Positions 1 to 10,744 of a stretch of 64,000 nucleotides of DNA are shown in pieces. Both the position numbers and the translations under genes were made by a program. This stretch comes from a candidate division FCPU426 bacterium (GTDB lineage Bacteria; Oederibacteriota; Muellerivitia; Muellerivitales; Muellerivitaceae). Numbering within the stretch: position 1 is the first letter of the stretch; the number at the start of each line of letters is the position of its first letter. The notes beneath the pieces are model-generated. The model searched no databases, was not told the DNA's origin, and saw nothing but the letters and a program-made list of their open reading frames with translations. The DNA is taken from contig CAVTWJ010000022.1 of the NCBI GenBank assembly GCA_963738405.1, positions 153,717 to 217,716 of the forward strand. Reading direction: 5' to 3'.

Positions 1-907
1 CAGAAACATTGGACGAGATGACCGGGCACCCGCAGGCCATGGCCTCGATCAGGGGAAGGCCGAAACCCTCGTCCAGCGATGGAAAAACCAGCGCCTCGGC
101 GCCAGCCAAGAGGATCGGCATATCCTCCAGTGGGATATACCCGGTCAACAACACCTGCTGCTCCAGGCCCAGCTTGGCGATCAAGGCCACGATTTCATCG
201 TAGGACTCTCCTCTTTTGCCCGTGATCACCAGTTTCAAAGGATGATTCGGTTCCTTTTTCCGCAATAGGTCGAATGCCTCGATCAGGCGTATCAAGTTTT
301 TCCGGTACCAGAGCAAACTGCTGGTATTGATAAAATAGGGGGAATCCAACGAATATTTTTTCCTGATCTCCGCAACCCGCCCTTCCTCCGCCGGTCGAAA
401 AATGTCCTGATCGTACCCGAGATGCGTCACCGTGATCTTTTCGGGCGGCACTTTACAATGCTTGAGAATGTTGCGCTTGGTTTCATCCGAAACCGAAAGA
501 ATGGCGTCAGCGGCCGGAATGTAATAATGCGTCGTCAGCCAGAAGTGCACTTTTCCGTCAAAAGAAATGCGTTCGGGAAAGATGAGGCCCATTAAGTCAT
601 GGCAGGTCATGACAGTTTTCGGTTTGAAGGGAATGGGTACGAATTCCTTGGTTACAAATAAAAGGTCGTAGCCCCCGAAGATAAACTCGAAGGGCAGGCG
701 CAGAAAGGACCAGAATTTCGGAAACTTCAATATCTTTACCTTGAAGTTCGGCGCTTCGATATCGTGGGAAAGGGGAACATTCGAATAGATGACGTACTCG
801 TTCACCGAATCAATCTTGGCCAAAGCCTTAAGGATGTTATAGCTGTAAACCCCAATACCGTTGAGCTGGGTCTCGCTTAATACCTTCGCGTGAACTGCGA
901 TTTTCAT
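1..907 (-). CDS. Glycosyltransferase family 4 (GT-B); 3' end runs off the window
   Basis: Not in ORF track. Manual translation from ATG at 907 gives MKIAVHAKVLSETQLNGIGVYSYNILKAL...; near base 1 it reads EGFGLPLIEAMACGCPVISSN (GT4 E-x7-E motif). Confidence 0.9.
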   Translation of the reverse strand, partial: MKIAVHAKVLSETQLNGIGVYSYNILKALAKIDSVNEYVIYSNVPLSHDIEAPNFKVKILKFPKFWSFLRLPFEFIFGGYDLLFVTKEFVPIPFKPKTVMTCHDLMGLIFPERISFDGKVHFWLTTHYYIPAADAILSVSDETKRNILKHCKVPPEKITVTHLGYDQDIFRPAEEGRVAEIRKKYSLDSPYFINTSSLLWYRKNLIRLIEAFDLLRKKEPNHPLKLVITGKRGESYDEIVALIAKLGLEQQVLLTGYIPLEDMPILLAGAEALVFPSLDEGFGLPLIEAMACGCPVISSNVS

Positions 908-981
908 GGATCAAGTCCCATTAATGGATTGGACCGATAAAGAATGGTCATTTTACAGGGACCCTCGAGGTAAAATCAGGT

Positions 982-2448
982 TCAATCCGTCGCTTCTTCG
1001 CTTTTTCCCGAGAGGATCTGTTTCAGGACCGAGGTCAAGTTGTTGCGCTTCCACATCCAGGGCACCCATAGGGCGGGAAAAGCCGCTCCCAGCAGGATGG
1101 CCGGCATCCACCATTCCCTCACCAGCAACGCATGGACACCCAGCATCCATCCCAACCCTGAAATTAAACCCGCCCCCATCACGCCCAGATGGAGGGGCCC
1201 GAACCGTTTGAAATGGGCCCGGACATACAGCAGGGCGCAGGGAACATTCAATAAATGGGCCACGGGCCAGGTGATCGGCCCCAGGCTGTGGGCGAAAGAA
1301 AACATGGCGCTCGCGAAGATCACCGCCGCCAGAAGGTTTTGTTTCAAGACCAGCTTGTTCAATCCCCCGGCCAGGGCCGAAGAATTAAAGATGGTGAAAA
1401 GGCCTACCAAAAGATTCGGTAAAACGCCCCAGAGCAAAACCTCAGCCGTCGGGCTCCAGTCCTTTCCATATAATCGAGGCACCCAAAGGGAGGCGGTGGC
1501 CCCCAGCCCAAAATAAACTGGCACATAGGCCATCAAAAGAAGGCCCAGCATCCTTTCCGCCAGGCGGTTCAGCCGCTCCGGTTCGCCCTGGAGCCTGGCA
1601 AAAGAGGCGAGGGAGATGCGCTGAACGATCCCGGTGATGAAACCCATGGTTCCCAGAAGGCTGTAGGCCATGTTGGCGAAAGCGAACTGGGAAGAGCCTG
1701 TCATTTTCACCAGAATGGCCGAGGGGATCAAAATAGTGATCCAATTCACCAATTGACTGCTGACCAGTGGGAGAATTTTTCCCAGTGAAAGCTTGAGCCA
1801 TTTCCAATCGGTCTGGAAAGAGGGGAAAAAACCGGAGAGGAGGGACGAGAGCACCGCGGGCACGATCCCCCGGATCACCAGGGCCAGAGCCAGCCCCTTG
1901 ACGCCCCATCCCATGTAAACCAAGCCGACTGCCAAAAGGTTGAACACGACCGGGTCGGAAACCTCGATCAAACCCACTTTGGTGTAAACCAGCTTGCGCT
2001 CCAGCATGGACACCGAGAGGGACTGGAAACTGTAGCCGAACACCCCGACCGCCGCGGCAAGAAGAAGAATCGTGAAATCTCCCGCAGAGGCCCCCACATA
2101 CCATTGAGGCACACCCAGGAAAATGGCCGTTGCTGCCAGGGTCAAAAGACCCAGGGCCAGGGCGCTCTGGAACCAGAAACAGGTGGAAAGCTTTCGTTGG
2201 TCCGGGCTTTCAGGCTGCTGTATCAGGTAGGTAGAAACCGTGAAATCGATGATCTGTCGGCCGATGATGAAATAGGTGTAAGTGGTGAAATAGAGGCCCA
2301 TTTTTTCCGGACCCACGATGCGGTTAAGGGCGATCCCGCCCAGGAAATTGGCGATGAAGGCGAATCCATGCCGGAATAAAAGAATGCCTCCGCTTTTGGC
2401 GGCTTTGTGCTCGATGCGATGGGTTAAATCAGGTGATTCTTTGGGCAT
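982..2448 (-). CDS. Oligosaccharide flippase (Wzx/MOP family)
   Basis: 488 aa, many hydrophobic segments, Wzx-like N-terminus, adjacent to glycosyltransferases. Confidence 0.85.
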   Translation of the reverse strand: MPKESPDLTHRIEHKAAKSGGILLFRHGFAFIANFLGGIALNRIVGPEKMGLYFTTYTYFIIGRQIIDFTVSTYLIQQPESPDQRKLSTCFWFQSALALGLLTLAATAIFLGVPQWYVGASAGDFTILLLAAAVGVFGYSFQSLSVSMLERKLVYTKVGLIEVSDPVVFNLLAVGLVYMGWGVKGLALALVIRGIVPAVLSSLLSGFFPSFQTDWKWLKLSLGKILPLVSSQLVNWITILIPSAILVKMTGSSQFAFANMAYSLLGTMGFITGIVQRISLASFARLQGEPERLNRLAERMLGLLLMAYVPVYFGLGATASLWVPRLYGKDWSPTAEVLLWGVLPNLLVGLFTIFNSSALAGGLNKLVLKQNLLAAVIFASAMFSFAHSLGPITWPVAHLLNVPCALLYVRAHFKRFGPLHLGVMGAGLISGLGWMLGVHALLVREWWMPAILLGAAFPALWVPWMWKRNNLTSVLKQILSGKSEEATD

Positions 2449-2463
2449 TTTACTTCCCCGCGT

Positions 2464-4173
2464 TTAATGAACGAGTCCAGCCATATACAAACCATCAACG
2501 TTTTGGATAAATATCCGCTTATCTTTTTTTGCCTGAACCAGGTTTTTTAAAATCGATTGATCGGAAAATACATAAAGGGCATTCGTAAGCAATTGGGCTG
2601 ATTTCAATTCACCTAAAACCATAAAATCAGCTTCATCAAAAGCCTTCGGGTCTTTTCTCGCCGCCGACACCAAATTAAGGCCTATTTGGCGTGGAGCCGC
2701 TATGAGCCCCAAAGGCATAAGGTAAGTCAAATCTTTTCTCGGATAAAAATAAACATTTTTACAATTTTTCACCGCTTCTCCCCAAACGAGGGAAGTCAGG
2801 ATCGGTAGATGTTTTTCTTCCCCAAGTGTTTTTCGGACCGAGGTCATGAAAGGAAATAGATCGATAACTTGGACCAAAAGGGCAACCATCAGGATCACGG
2901 ATAATATTTTCCTCTCTTGGAAGTACCGGCTGTATACGAAAAATGTCCCGATCATAATGGAGTAAAAAGGGACCCAAAAAAAACGCCCACAAGCCCTAAA
3001 AGAGATAAAAATCACCTTAAGGAAATAGGCAATTGATATTTTAAAAAGTACATGGTCCGCAATCGTCACCTTGTTTAAGATGGAATATATTGAAAATATC
3101 AGACATACCATTAATAAAACAGAAGACGGTCGATTCCATATTGAGGTCGTGTTTTTCCAGCCCCCGCGCTTCAGGAAAAGTATGGCCGCCGCCCCCCCTA
3201 AAAGAACCAAGAATCCCAAACCCAGGTAATTAAACCCCTCGTATTGTCCCCCCGTCGCCATGGGCCAGCCCTTTAAAAAGGTTGAATCGCTTTCCGACTG
3301 AAGGGCTCCATTCATATGGGGATTCCAGCCCATGGGATTAAAAGGCGCCAAGAGATTCATCGAGTAAAAACCAAAATCTTGGGGGGGATCGGAGGACCAA
3401 CAAGAAGGTTTAATAACGAAGTACCCCGACAAGTACATTGTTATTACTAAAAGGGCCAATAAAAAAACCAACTCCAATACTTTTATTTTAATAAATTTAA
3501 ATAACCCAAAAGAAAAGTGAAGAAACAACGAGGCCAGGTATAGGCCGATTACCATGACACATAGATAAAGATGTATTAATGCCGAAACCGCCAAGAGAAT
3601 CATCCAGCGGGATCGGAAAGGCCATCTCGAGCTTTGATTCGCCCTTGCCTCGCTTGAGAGAATAAACAAATACAAAGCCGCCAAAAGAACCCAATGGCCC
3701 ACAAGGGATTGGTGGTCGCAAGCCCTTTTCAACATGACGGGGCTTAGGACGAAAAAGCTCGCGGCCAACAATCTTTGAAGGGGGTTTGAAAATATTTTCG
3801 CGGCTAAAAGCCATCCAAAAAAACCCTGCGATAGGTAGCAAAACAGGATCCAAATCCCAAAATATTGAAAGGGCGAGGGCAGAAGGGTCCGTAAACATTT
3901 AAAGATGAACGCGAACAGCGGGATGGAATCCGTATAAGCCAGGGCCGTGCCCTCAGGAATTCCATAGGAAGCTATTTTACCCGGCGGAATTTGCCAATCT
4001 TCATACCTGAAAAAATTCCAACCCAGAAAATGCTGGGCGGGGTCACCCTCCATGAGCCATTCGATATGATTTGGGTTTAATGTATTTAATCCAAAAACAG
4101 CGAAGAAGAATACCAAGCCCGCCAAAAGGCCAACAAGGGACGAATTGTATAGCCACGACACTCTTTTCATCAT
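2464..4173 (-). CDS. Polytopic membrane protein, DUF6311-like, putative GT-C glycosyltransferase
   Basis: GDPAQHFLGWNFFR, YTDSIPL, FQYFGIW and GQYEGFNYLGLG motifs; multiple TM segments. Confidence 0.7.
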   Translation of the reverse strand: MMKRVSWLYNSSLVGLLAGLVFFFAVFGLNTLNPNHIEWLMEGDPAQHFLGWNFFRYEDWQIPPGKIASYGIPEGTALAYTDSIPLFAFIFKCLRTLLPSPFQYFGIWILFCYLSQGFFGWLLAAKIFSNPLQRLLAASFFVLSPVMLKRACDHQSLVGHWVLLAALYLFILSSEARANQSSRWPFRSRWMILLAVSALIHLYLCVMVIGLYLASLFLHFSFGLFKFIKIKVLELVFLLALLVITMYLSGYFVIKPSCWSSDPPQDFGFYSMNLLAPFNPMGWNPHMNGALQSESDSTFLKGWPMATGGQYEGFNYLGLGFLVLLGGAAAILFLKRGGWKNTTSIWNRPSSVLLMVCLIFSIYSILNKVTIADHVLFKISIAYFLKVIFISFRACGRFFWVPFYSIMIGTFFVYSRYFQERKILSVILMVALLVQVIDLFPFMTSVRKTLGEEKHLPILTSLVWGEAVKNCKNVYFYPRKDLTYLMPLGLIAAPRQIGLNLVSAARKDPKAFDEADFMVLGELKSAQLLTNALYVFSDQSILKNLVQAKKDKRIFIQNVDGLYMAGLVH

Positions 4174-4219
4174 TTCGCCTTCTTGGTTCTTTTGATAATT
4201 CTTTCATTCAACCAGTGTA

Positions 4220-5818
4220 TCAGGGGATCTGTTTTATTCGATCATAAGGGGTGCATTGATTGCCGTCCAAATGCCGGGTGATTCCTGATTTATTGAATTT
4301 TTGGCCCCTATAAAATATCTTGGTTTTTTTCCGGTGAAGATCCCCTTCCAGCAATACTATCCGATCGGAAGAAGCGACCATCTTTCCATATTCGGGAATA
4401 ATATCCATTTCGGTTGGCAACCCCGCGCGCGAACGTGAAGCCATGATGATCCTTTCATTGGTTAAAGCGTCAATGGTGTAGGCGGCTCCCCACTCTCCCA
4501 AACCCCGATTGATGCCCCATTCGTCCATCACATGGATTTCTTGCTTGGCGAGGGTGATTGTCGGTTGTTCGGGAAAATCAAGCAAATCCACCCCATGAAG
4601 AATGACGCGGCTTAAAAACAAAACCAATAAAAGACTACCCAAAAGGGGAATCCACTTCCCTTTCCATTCCATTAAACGTCCAAAAAAAACACCGAGGAAA
4701 ACCGAGAAAATGATCGAAGAAACGTAAAGATAACGCCGGGGTTCCCAGAAATCCCCGTGGGACTGCTGAGCTAAAACGACAGCTAAAAAATTGAAAAAGA
4801 CCGTAGTTGTCATCAATAGCATGGGATAATTCTCGGCTTTGAACGAATCAAAGATAGTTATACCCATGAAAAGCACAACCAGAGCGGCAATCGCGGAAAA
4901 AAAGATATCCATAAAACTTCTCGGATAAATGTAATAGGGCGACGTGAAATATCCGCTCACGGGAGCGCGGGAATAAAAATGCGCGTCGAAATAGGCCGGA
5001 ATGCTTTTGAAAAGATAATGTAGGTTGTCCAACATCATGTGCAGCGGAGCTAGGGCGGAAAACCGCAGGTAATCCCGATGAAACCACCTGTAGTAAAAGT
5101 CAGGCGAGTCACCTAATAGGTATCCGACCATGAGTCCTAAACCAAAACGCAAAAGTGGCTGTTTCTTGAAATCCCGGGACCGGAACAGGGCCAAAGCCAG
5201 GACGCAAGCTGGTATGGCCGGGATAAACTGCTTGCCCAGATACATTCCCAAGCCGATGGTAAACCCCAGCAAAAAGAAGCGAAGGGTGGAAACTCCCTTT
5301 TCAATCATGAGGTGGGTTTCCAGTAAAACCAACATGGTCCAGAAGACAGCAAGGGGATAGCCCACAAACGGCATCGTACTTTGATGAAGGGTGTAGGGAA
5401 CCCCAATTACCACCACTATCCCTCCAATTATCCCGTAAAACTTTGATGTACCCTGAGTTAAAAGGTAAACACCCAGGGAGGCTGCCAGGGACCATGCCAA
5501 AAGAGACACCGCGGATACCACCGGGATGGAAGGCCCCAGCCATTTGCAAAGTAACCCGGCCAAATAGAAGGGCGGACTCCCCTGATAATCATTTCCAAAA
5601 GTATAAAGGGGATTGTCCCCACGGGAAATACGTACTGCCATCAAATAGTTAACCGCCGCATCCCCATCAAATTGGAGATCCCACCTGAATAAAAATGGAA
5701 TACGAATAAGGAAGGATAGGACGCCAAAAAAAGCCGCAATGATCGAAGGTTTGAAAGGAATCAGATTCAGCTTATCCTTTAATTTTAAAAAGAAGGAGGA
5801 ATCTCCAGATGAAAACAT
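4220..5818 (-). CDS. Polytopic membrane protein, putative GT-C (ArnT/PMT-like) glycosyltransferase
   Basis: Acidic first-loop motif (FDGDAAVNYLMA) after TM1 and about 10 TM segments; paralog of 8429..9991. Confidence 0.6.
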   Translation of the reverse strand: MFSSGDSSFFLKLKDKLNLIPFKPSIIAAFFGVLSFLIRIPFLFRWDLQFDGDAAVNYLMAVRISRGDNPLYTFGNDYQGSPPFYLAGLLCKWLGPSIPVVSAVSLLAWSLAASLGVYLLTQGTSKFYGIIGGIVVVIGVPYTLHQSTMPFVGYPLAVFWTMLVLLETHLMIEKGVSTLRFFLLGFTIGLGMYLGKQFIPAIPACVLALALFRSRDFKKQPLLRFGLGLMVGYLLGDSPDFYYRWFHRDYLRFSALAPLHMMLDNLHYLFKSIPAYFDAHFYSRAPVSGYFTSPYYIYPRSFMDIFFSAIAALVVLFMGITIFDSFKAENYPMLLMTTTVFFNFLAVVLAQQSHGDFWEPRRYLYVSSIIFSVFLGVFFGRLMEWKGKWIPLLGSLLLVLFLSRVILHGVDLLDFPEQPTITLAKQEIHVMDEWGINRGLGEWGAAYTIDALTNERIIMASRSRAGLPTEMDIIPEYGKMVASSDRIVLLEGDLHRKKTKIFYRGQKFNKSGITRHLDGNQCTPYDRIKQIP

Positions 5819-5883
5819 GATTTCAGTTAACCTCGGGCCATTTTTCGATGAGTATTCGCAAATGAAAACTTTTCAATATCCAC

Positions 5884-7293
5884 TTAAGGTGAGAATTTGC
5901 CCATAAGAATCGTTAGGGGATGACTGTTCCAATAACCATCCATAGCGCCCAACGCGTTGATGCCGAATGATAAAAGACATAAGAAAACAAATGCTCGTCG
6001 GCGCCATTTTCCCCAATTCGGAAAGGATTCCAAACTGTAAAAAATGGGAATCATAAGAAAAAGAATGACCGGCACAATTTCCCGGGGCCCAAAACTCCAG
6101 GTGGCTTCCCAATCATCCATGCAGGCCATCAACAGGTAATAGCAAATAAACCCGCTCCCCCAAACCCAGGCCTCCGCACCCTTTTCCAAAAGGAACTTTT
6201 TCCACGAAAAGAGGACCGGAAACACAAGCGGCAAAAAAGCGGGAATACCGTGGTTAATTGAAAGCCAAAACCCCCAAATTCCCTCGAAATTTTTTCCATA
6301 AACGTGGGTCACAGGGGAATCGAAAGGTTTTACGTTTCCAAAAACAGGACTCTGTGAAAATTGGAAGGGCGAACCAAAAAGTTTATTGTTCAAGTATAAA
6401 TAAAAAGCAAAGGCAATTCCGGGGCCGATGGACATTCGAAACAGGTTCCCCCAATCCTTTCTCGAAATCCATAACGCGTAGAGCGGGAAAATTAAAAGGG
6501 CCAAGGGGGGCTTCATCAGCATACCAATACCCAAGAGAATGCCGGACCAAAATCCCGATTTTTTATCAAATGCCACGAAATAGCCCGCCAAGCCAAAAAG
6601 GACAAGGAAGGGTTCGGTAAAAAGGGTTCGGCCATAGGCCCAGAGGGGCGTTCCTAAAAAGACAATGAAAGTGGATCCATTAATAACCCAAGGGTTTTCC
6701 GTATAACGGCTTATCACTTTGCGGAAAAGAAAGACCGAAAGAAGGACAGCCAGATTAGCTAGGAGAAGGGCAAGGGGTTCCACATAAGGCGTGTTTCGAA
6801 AGGGCCAAAGCACCGAGGCGAGTAAAAAAGGCATTCCATAGGGATGGCAGGAATAAGCACGCAGGGATGAACCATCGATTCCAGGTTTCAGGAGTGGCAC
6901 TAGATGTCCTTCAGTGTCTTTCTTCCAAGTGGAGGGATCTTCGTATACCTGTGTCCAAACAAGCATTTTTCCCGACGTCAAGTAAACCGCGTGTGGGTCT
7001 ATGGGAGATCCCGCATATTTTCTCCCCGCGTCTGTGGAACCTTTCCAAACTTCCTCATAATTATTTTTCAAGTCCCAATCCCCGTCTTTTACTAAGCTGT
7101 TGATCATAATCAAATAATGAGGTTCATCCCCGCCTTTCACCCAGGGCATTCCAAAATGCCACCCATGAAAGAACAGGGGGGGAAAAAGAAGCATAACCAA
7201 ACAGGTAAGAACCATCCTGCCTGAGGAGAAAAAACGAATGACGTTTCGGATAAAACCAGGCATCTGCCATTGATCGGCCGGATTAAAATTCAT
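5884..7293 (-). CDS. Polytopic membrane protein, putative GT-C glycosyltransferase
   Basis: GGDEPHYL loop motif, YGRTLFTEP and WSFGPR; multiple TM segments. Confidence 0.65.
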   Translation of the reverse strand: MNFNPADQWQMPGFIRNVIRFFSSGRMVLTCLVMLLFPPLFFHGWHFGMPWVKGGDEPHYLIMINSLVKDGDWDLKNNYEEVWKGSTDAGRKYAGSPIDPHAVYLTSGKMLVWTQVYEDPSTWKKDTEGHLVPLLKPGIDGSSLRAYSCHPYGMPFLLASVLWPFRNTPYVEPLALLLANLAVLLSVFLFRKVISRYTENPWVINGSTFIVFLGTPLWAYGRTLFTEPFLVLFGLAGYFVAFDKKSGFWSGILLGIGMLMKPPLALLIFPLYALWISRKDWGNLFRMSIGPGIAFAFYLYLNNKLFGSPFQFSQSPVFGNVKPFDSPVTHVYGKNFEGIWGFWLSINHGIPAFLPLVFPVLFSWKKFLLEKGAEAWVWGSGFICYYLLMACMDDWEATWSFGPREIVPVILFLMIPIFYSLESFPNWGKWRRRAFVFLCLLSFGINALGAMDGYWNSHPLTILMGKFSP

Positions 7294-7676
7294 GTATCAT
7301 TTTCCTTGAAGAATGAAAATCTTGTTTCCCAGGCCCTGACCATCAGACTCGCACGCGAATTTAGCTTGATTCGGGATTTACAGGATTACTCTTCCGGCAA
7401 CCTTGCCGGGTAACGGGCCGCTCATTATATTGCCAATTCACGTTTTCCATCTGATTTTGGCTTTAATGGCCAAAGCCGGAAGGCCGAAACACTCTAACAG
7501 GCTACAAACTGCCACAAAAAACCGCAAAAAGTCCTTTCTATGTGTCGAAATCTAACTATCAGCACAAAAGGGTCTTTCAACATTTTTGGACCCGACTTCA
7601 AATATTTTGTGGAAAAATCCCCCGGCAATGAAAATAAAAGGTTTATATTTCACCTTTACTCAAAGGACCAAATCAA

Positions 7677-8432
7677 ATGCCCCGGCCTCTCAAACAACCC
7701 AAATCCAACAGAAAAAAGAACCCATCTCAAGTTTGGGATGGCCAGCGGGAAACCCTCGACGATCTTTCCGCCGCCATCAACTATAACCGTTGGATTTACG
7801 GGATTTTGCGCCCCTACATCGGGAAGCGAATTCTGGAAATTGGTTGCGGAACGGGCAACATTACCAGCTTTTTAGCCCAGCACGGGCAGGTTCTCGCCAC
7901 CGACCTGCATTCAGGTTATTTAAAGTCAGCCCAGAAGCGCCTCAAGGGCACGAAGGGAATCCGTTTTAAAAAAATCAACCTGGACGATTCCCTCTCATCC
8001 CTGCGCGGATTCAAAGCCGACAGCATCATTTGCGTCAACGTTTTGGAGCACATTTCCAATGACAACGCCGTTCTTAAAGAATGCTATAAACTCCTACCGC
8101 CAGGAGGAAAATTAATGCTTTTTGTTCCCGCGCTTCAATTTTTATTCGGAACCATGGATAAAAGTTATGGCCATCACCGACGGTATGATCGAAGAGAATT
8201 AATTCAAAAAATAGAAAAAGCAGGGTTCAAAGTGGACTATTGCCGTTACCTAAACCTATTGGGCATTTTAGGTTGGTGGCTGAATGGTAAAATTCTAAAG
8301 CGAAAAATCATACCTAAAGGCCAGATGCTGCTCTACGATCGAATCGTCAGCGTTTCACAGCACATCGAAAAATACCTTCCAAAACCTATCGGATTGTCCC
8401 TTTTCTGCGCCGCTACCAAGCTGCCTCAATGA
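7677..8432 (+). CDS. Class I SAM-dependent methyltransferase
   Basis: ILEIGCGTG motif I, NVLEHI, GHHRRY. Confidence 0.9.
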   Translation: MPRPLKQPKSNRKKNPSQVWDGQRETLDDLSAAINYNRWIYGILRPYIGKRILEIGCGTGNITSFLAQHGQVLATDLHSGYLKSAQKRLKGTKGIRFKKINLDDSLSSLRGFKADSIICVNVLEHISNDNAVLKECYKLLPPGGKLMLFVPALQFLFGTMDKSYGHHRRYDRRELIQKIEKAGFKVDYCRYLNLLGILGWWLNGKILKRKIIPKGQMLLYDRIVSVSQHIEKYLPKPIGLSLFCAATKLPQ

Positions 8433-9991
8433 AGGAATACATGATCAAAATACAGGAACGATTCAACCGTTTCCCGTTCGGCCCCGGATGGGTCTCCGTA
8501 TTTTTTGGGGTTCTTTCGTTCGTCCTACGCATTCCCTTTTTATTCCGATACGACCTTCATTTAGGCGGGGATGCCTCCACTTGCTATTTAATGGCATTAA
8601 GGATTTTAGGCGGGGACCGACCTCTTTATTTCTATGGGCAAGATTACCAAGGGGCCGCCGAAGCCTACTTAGCGGCCGGCTTGTTCAAAATTTTCGGACC
8701 TTCCATCCCCCTCGCAGGTGCCGTCAGTCTTTTCGAATGGTCCCTGGCTGTCGGAGCGGGGGTCTACCTGCTTATCAAAGGCGCCTCGAAATACCACGGC
8801 ATTCTCGGCGGCCTTTTCGCAGCGGTGGCGGTTCCCTACACTCTTCATTACGTGGTCGTTCCCTATTGGGGCTATCCGGGAGGGCTTCTCTTGGGAATGC
8901 TGGCGCTCTTGCCGGCCTGTGCCATCCTGGAAAAAGGTCCGTCCCCTTCCCGTTTCATCCTATTGGGTTTCATCACCGGATTCGGGCTATTTGTGGGAAA
9001 GCAATGCGTCCCAGGCCTTGCGGCGGCCTTTCTTACGCTTTTCGTATTGAACTCAGGGCTATGGAATTGGCGCAAGTTGAAAAATCCGGCCTGGCCTCTT
9101 TCAACGATTTTTGGGTTCCTGGCCGGATACTGCCCCGAGATCCTTTATAGGCTGGGACATACCGCCACGAGGGATTTCACCGGTTCCGCCACACCCATCA
9201 TGCTTTGGAACAATTTCCGGAACATGCTGAAATCCATACCGGCCTATTTCGACGCCCAGCCCATATCCCGATCCCCCGAGGCGGTTTACTATTTCATTAG
9301 GGATATGCACGGCCTTATTTATCCCAAGAGCCCGCTTGATATTCTCTATTGCGTTATCGGATTTGGGGTTTTGTATTTCGCCTACAAGGAATTAAAGAAA
9401 TCCTTCCTCGAAAAAAACGTTCCCCTTTTTCTTCTATCCTCCCTTCTTTTCATCAATGTCGCGGCGGTCATTGTCAGCCGACAAACCAACGGCGAATTCT
9501 CGAACGCCAGACGTTACCTTTACTCTTCGGCCATCGTTTTTTCCCTATTCGCCGGATATTTCCTGGCGGATGTCTTGGTTAAAAATTCAAAGAGAATCCC
9601 GATCCTGGCTGCGTTTTTGGGGGTACTTTTTATCGGGCGCGTTTTTATCCATGAATTTTTTCTTATAACATCCTCTGATGAATTGAGGGAAATCCGCTGG
9701 GTGATCGCGGATATGAAATCCCAAGGTTATGACCGGGGTTTAGCGAACTGGGGCACGGCTTATATAGCGGATGCCATCACCAACCAACAAACCATCATCG
9801 CGGGAGATAACGGGGAGCGGATACCTGAATACGCCCAAGAGGTTTCACAAGCAGAAAAAGTTGGCTTGATTGGCCTCAAAACAGAACCCATTGAAAAGAT
9901 AATTCTTTTTAACGGAATTTCTTTTCAACAGGTTGGAGCCCCCCGTGAAAATGAGACTTTCAGATGGATTCCCTATCAGCGAGTAAAATAA
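8429..9991 (+). CDS. Polytopic membrane protein, putative GT-C glycosyltransferase
   Basis: Paralog of 4220..5818 (RIPFLFRYDL, PLYFYGQDYQG, KSIPAYFDA, RRYLYSS); ATGA overlap with the methyltransferase. Confidence 0.6.
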   Translation: MKEYMIKIQERFNRFPFGPGWVSVFFGVLSFVLRIPFLFRYDLHLGGDASTCYLMALRILGGDRPLYFYGQDYQGAAEAYLAAGLFKIFGPSIPLAGAVSLFEWSLAVGAGVYLLIKGASKYHGILGGLFAAVAVPYTLHYVVVPYWGYPGGLLLGMLALLPACAILEKGPSPSRFILLGFITGFGLFVGKQCVPGLAAAFLTLFVLNSGLWNWRKLKNPAWPLSTIFGFLAGYCPEILYRLGHTATRDFTGSATPIMLWNNFRNMLKSIPAYFDAQPISRSPEAVYYFIRDMHGLIYPKSPLDILYCVIGFGVLYFAYKELKKSFLEKNVPLFLLSSLLFINVAAVIVSRQTNGEFSNARRYLYSSAIVFSLFAGYFLADVLVKNSKRIPILAAFLGVLFIGRVFIHEFFLITSSDELREIRWVIADMKSQGYDRGLANWGTAYIADAITNQQTIIAGDNGERIPEYAQEVSQAEKVGLIGLKTEPIEKIILFNGISFQQVGAPRENETFRWIPYQRVK

Positions 9992-9994
9992 ATT

Positions 9995-10744
9995 TTAAGC
10001 GCGGGATTTGGGGCGATAACGCCCAGCCAATTCGTTCCATCGGATCAGGGCCAGGTCCAGAAACATGGTCAGTGAATCTCGGACCACGTGCACCTTGGAC
10101 CCCGGCGCGTCGAACCATTCGACCGGGGCTTCCACCACAGAAAAGCCTAGTTTGCGGGCGATAAAAAGAATTTCCACGTCAAATCCGAAACGTTCAATCG
10201 TCTGAAGTGGAAAAACCGCCTGGGCGGCTCTCCTGCGAAAGGCCTTGAAACCACATTGGGTGTCCTGGATTCCCGGAGTAGCCGCCAATTGAACCAGAAT
10301 ATTGAAGAAACGGCCCATGGCCTCTCGATATAAAGGCTGGTGAACCTTCACCATACTTCGGTCAACCGCCCGGCTTCCTACCACCACATCAAAACCTTTG
10401 GCAAAAAGCGGCCTGAAACGTTCATATTGATTAATAGGGGTGGCGTTGTCCGCGTCCATAAAAAGGACGAAATCACCCCTGGCTTCCAAGGCCCCCCGCT
10501 TCACTGCGGCGCCCTTTCCCTGGTTGGTTTCCTGCTTCAAAACTTTAAATACGCCTTTACCCGCTTTGCGGCTGAAACTTTGTACCATCGTCAGCGTTCC
10601 ATCTGTGGAACCGTCATCCACGATGAGAATCTCAAAAGAATTCTTGGACTTCTTGAGGTAGGCTAAGGATTCGGCCAGGGTCTTTCCCAGGCGTTTTTCC
10701 TCGTTGTAAACCGGTATCACGACCGATAGTTCAAGCCGTTTCAA
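9995..10744 (-). CDS. GT2 polyprenyl/dolichyl-phosphate glycosyltransferase
   Basis: LSVVIPVYNE, VDDGSTD, NQGKGAAV, FMDAD, DTQCGFK, FGFDVE. Start trimmed to a TTG after AAGGA; exact start uncertain. Confidence 0.88.
   Translation of the reverse strand: MKRLELSVVIPVYNEEKRLGKTLAESLAYLKKSKNSFEILIVDDGSTDGTLTMVQSFSRKAGKGVFKVLKQETNQGKGAAVKRGALEARGDFVLFMDADNATPINQYERFRPLFAKGFDVVVGSRAVDRSMVKVHQPLYREAMGRFFNILVQLAATPGIQDTQCGFKAFRRRAAQAVFPLQTIERFGFDVEILFIARKLGFSVVEAPVEWFDAPGSKVHVVRDSLTMFLDLALIRWNELAGRYRPKSRA

Noticed and set aside
7294..7676. Short hairpins in the divergent intergenic region as a riboswitch
   Set aside because: Only short stems (e.g. CCGGCAA/TTGCCGG) and no recognisable family motif.
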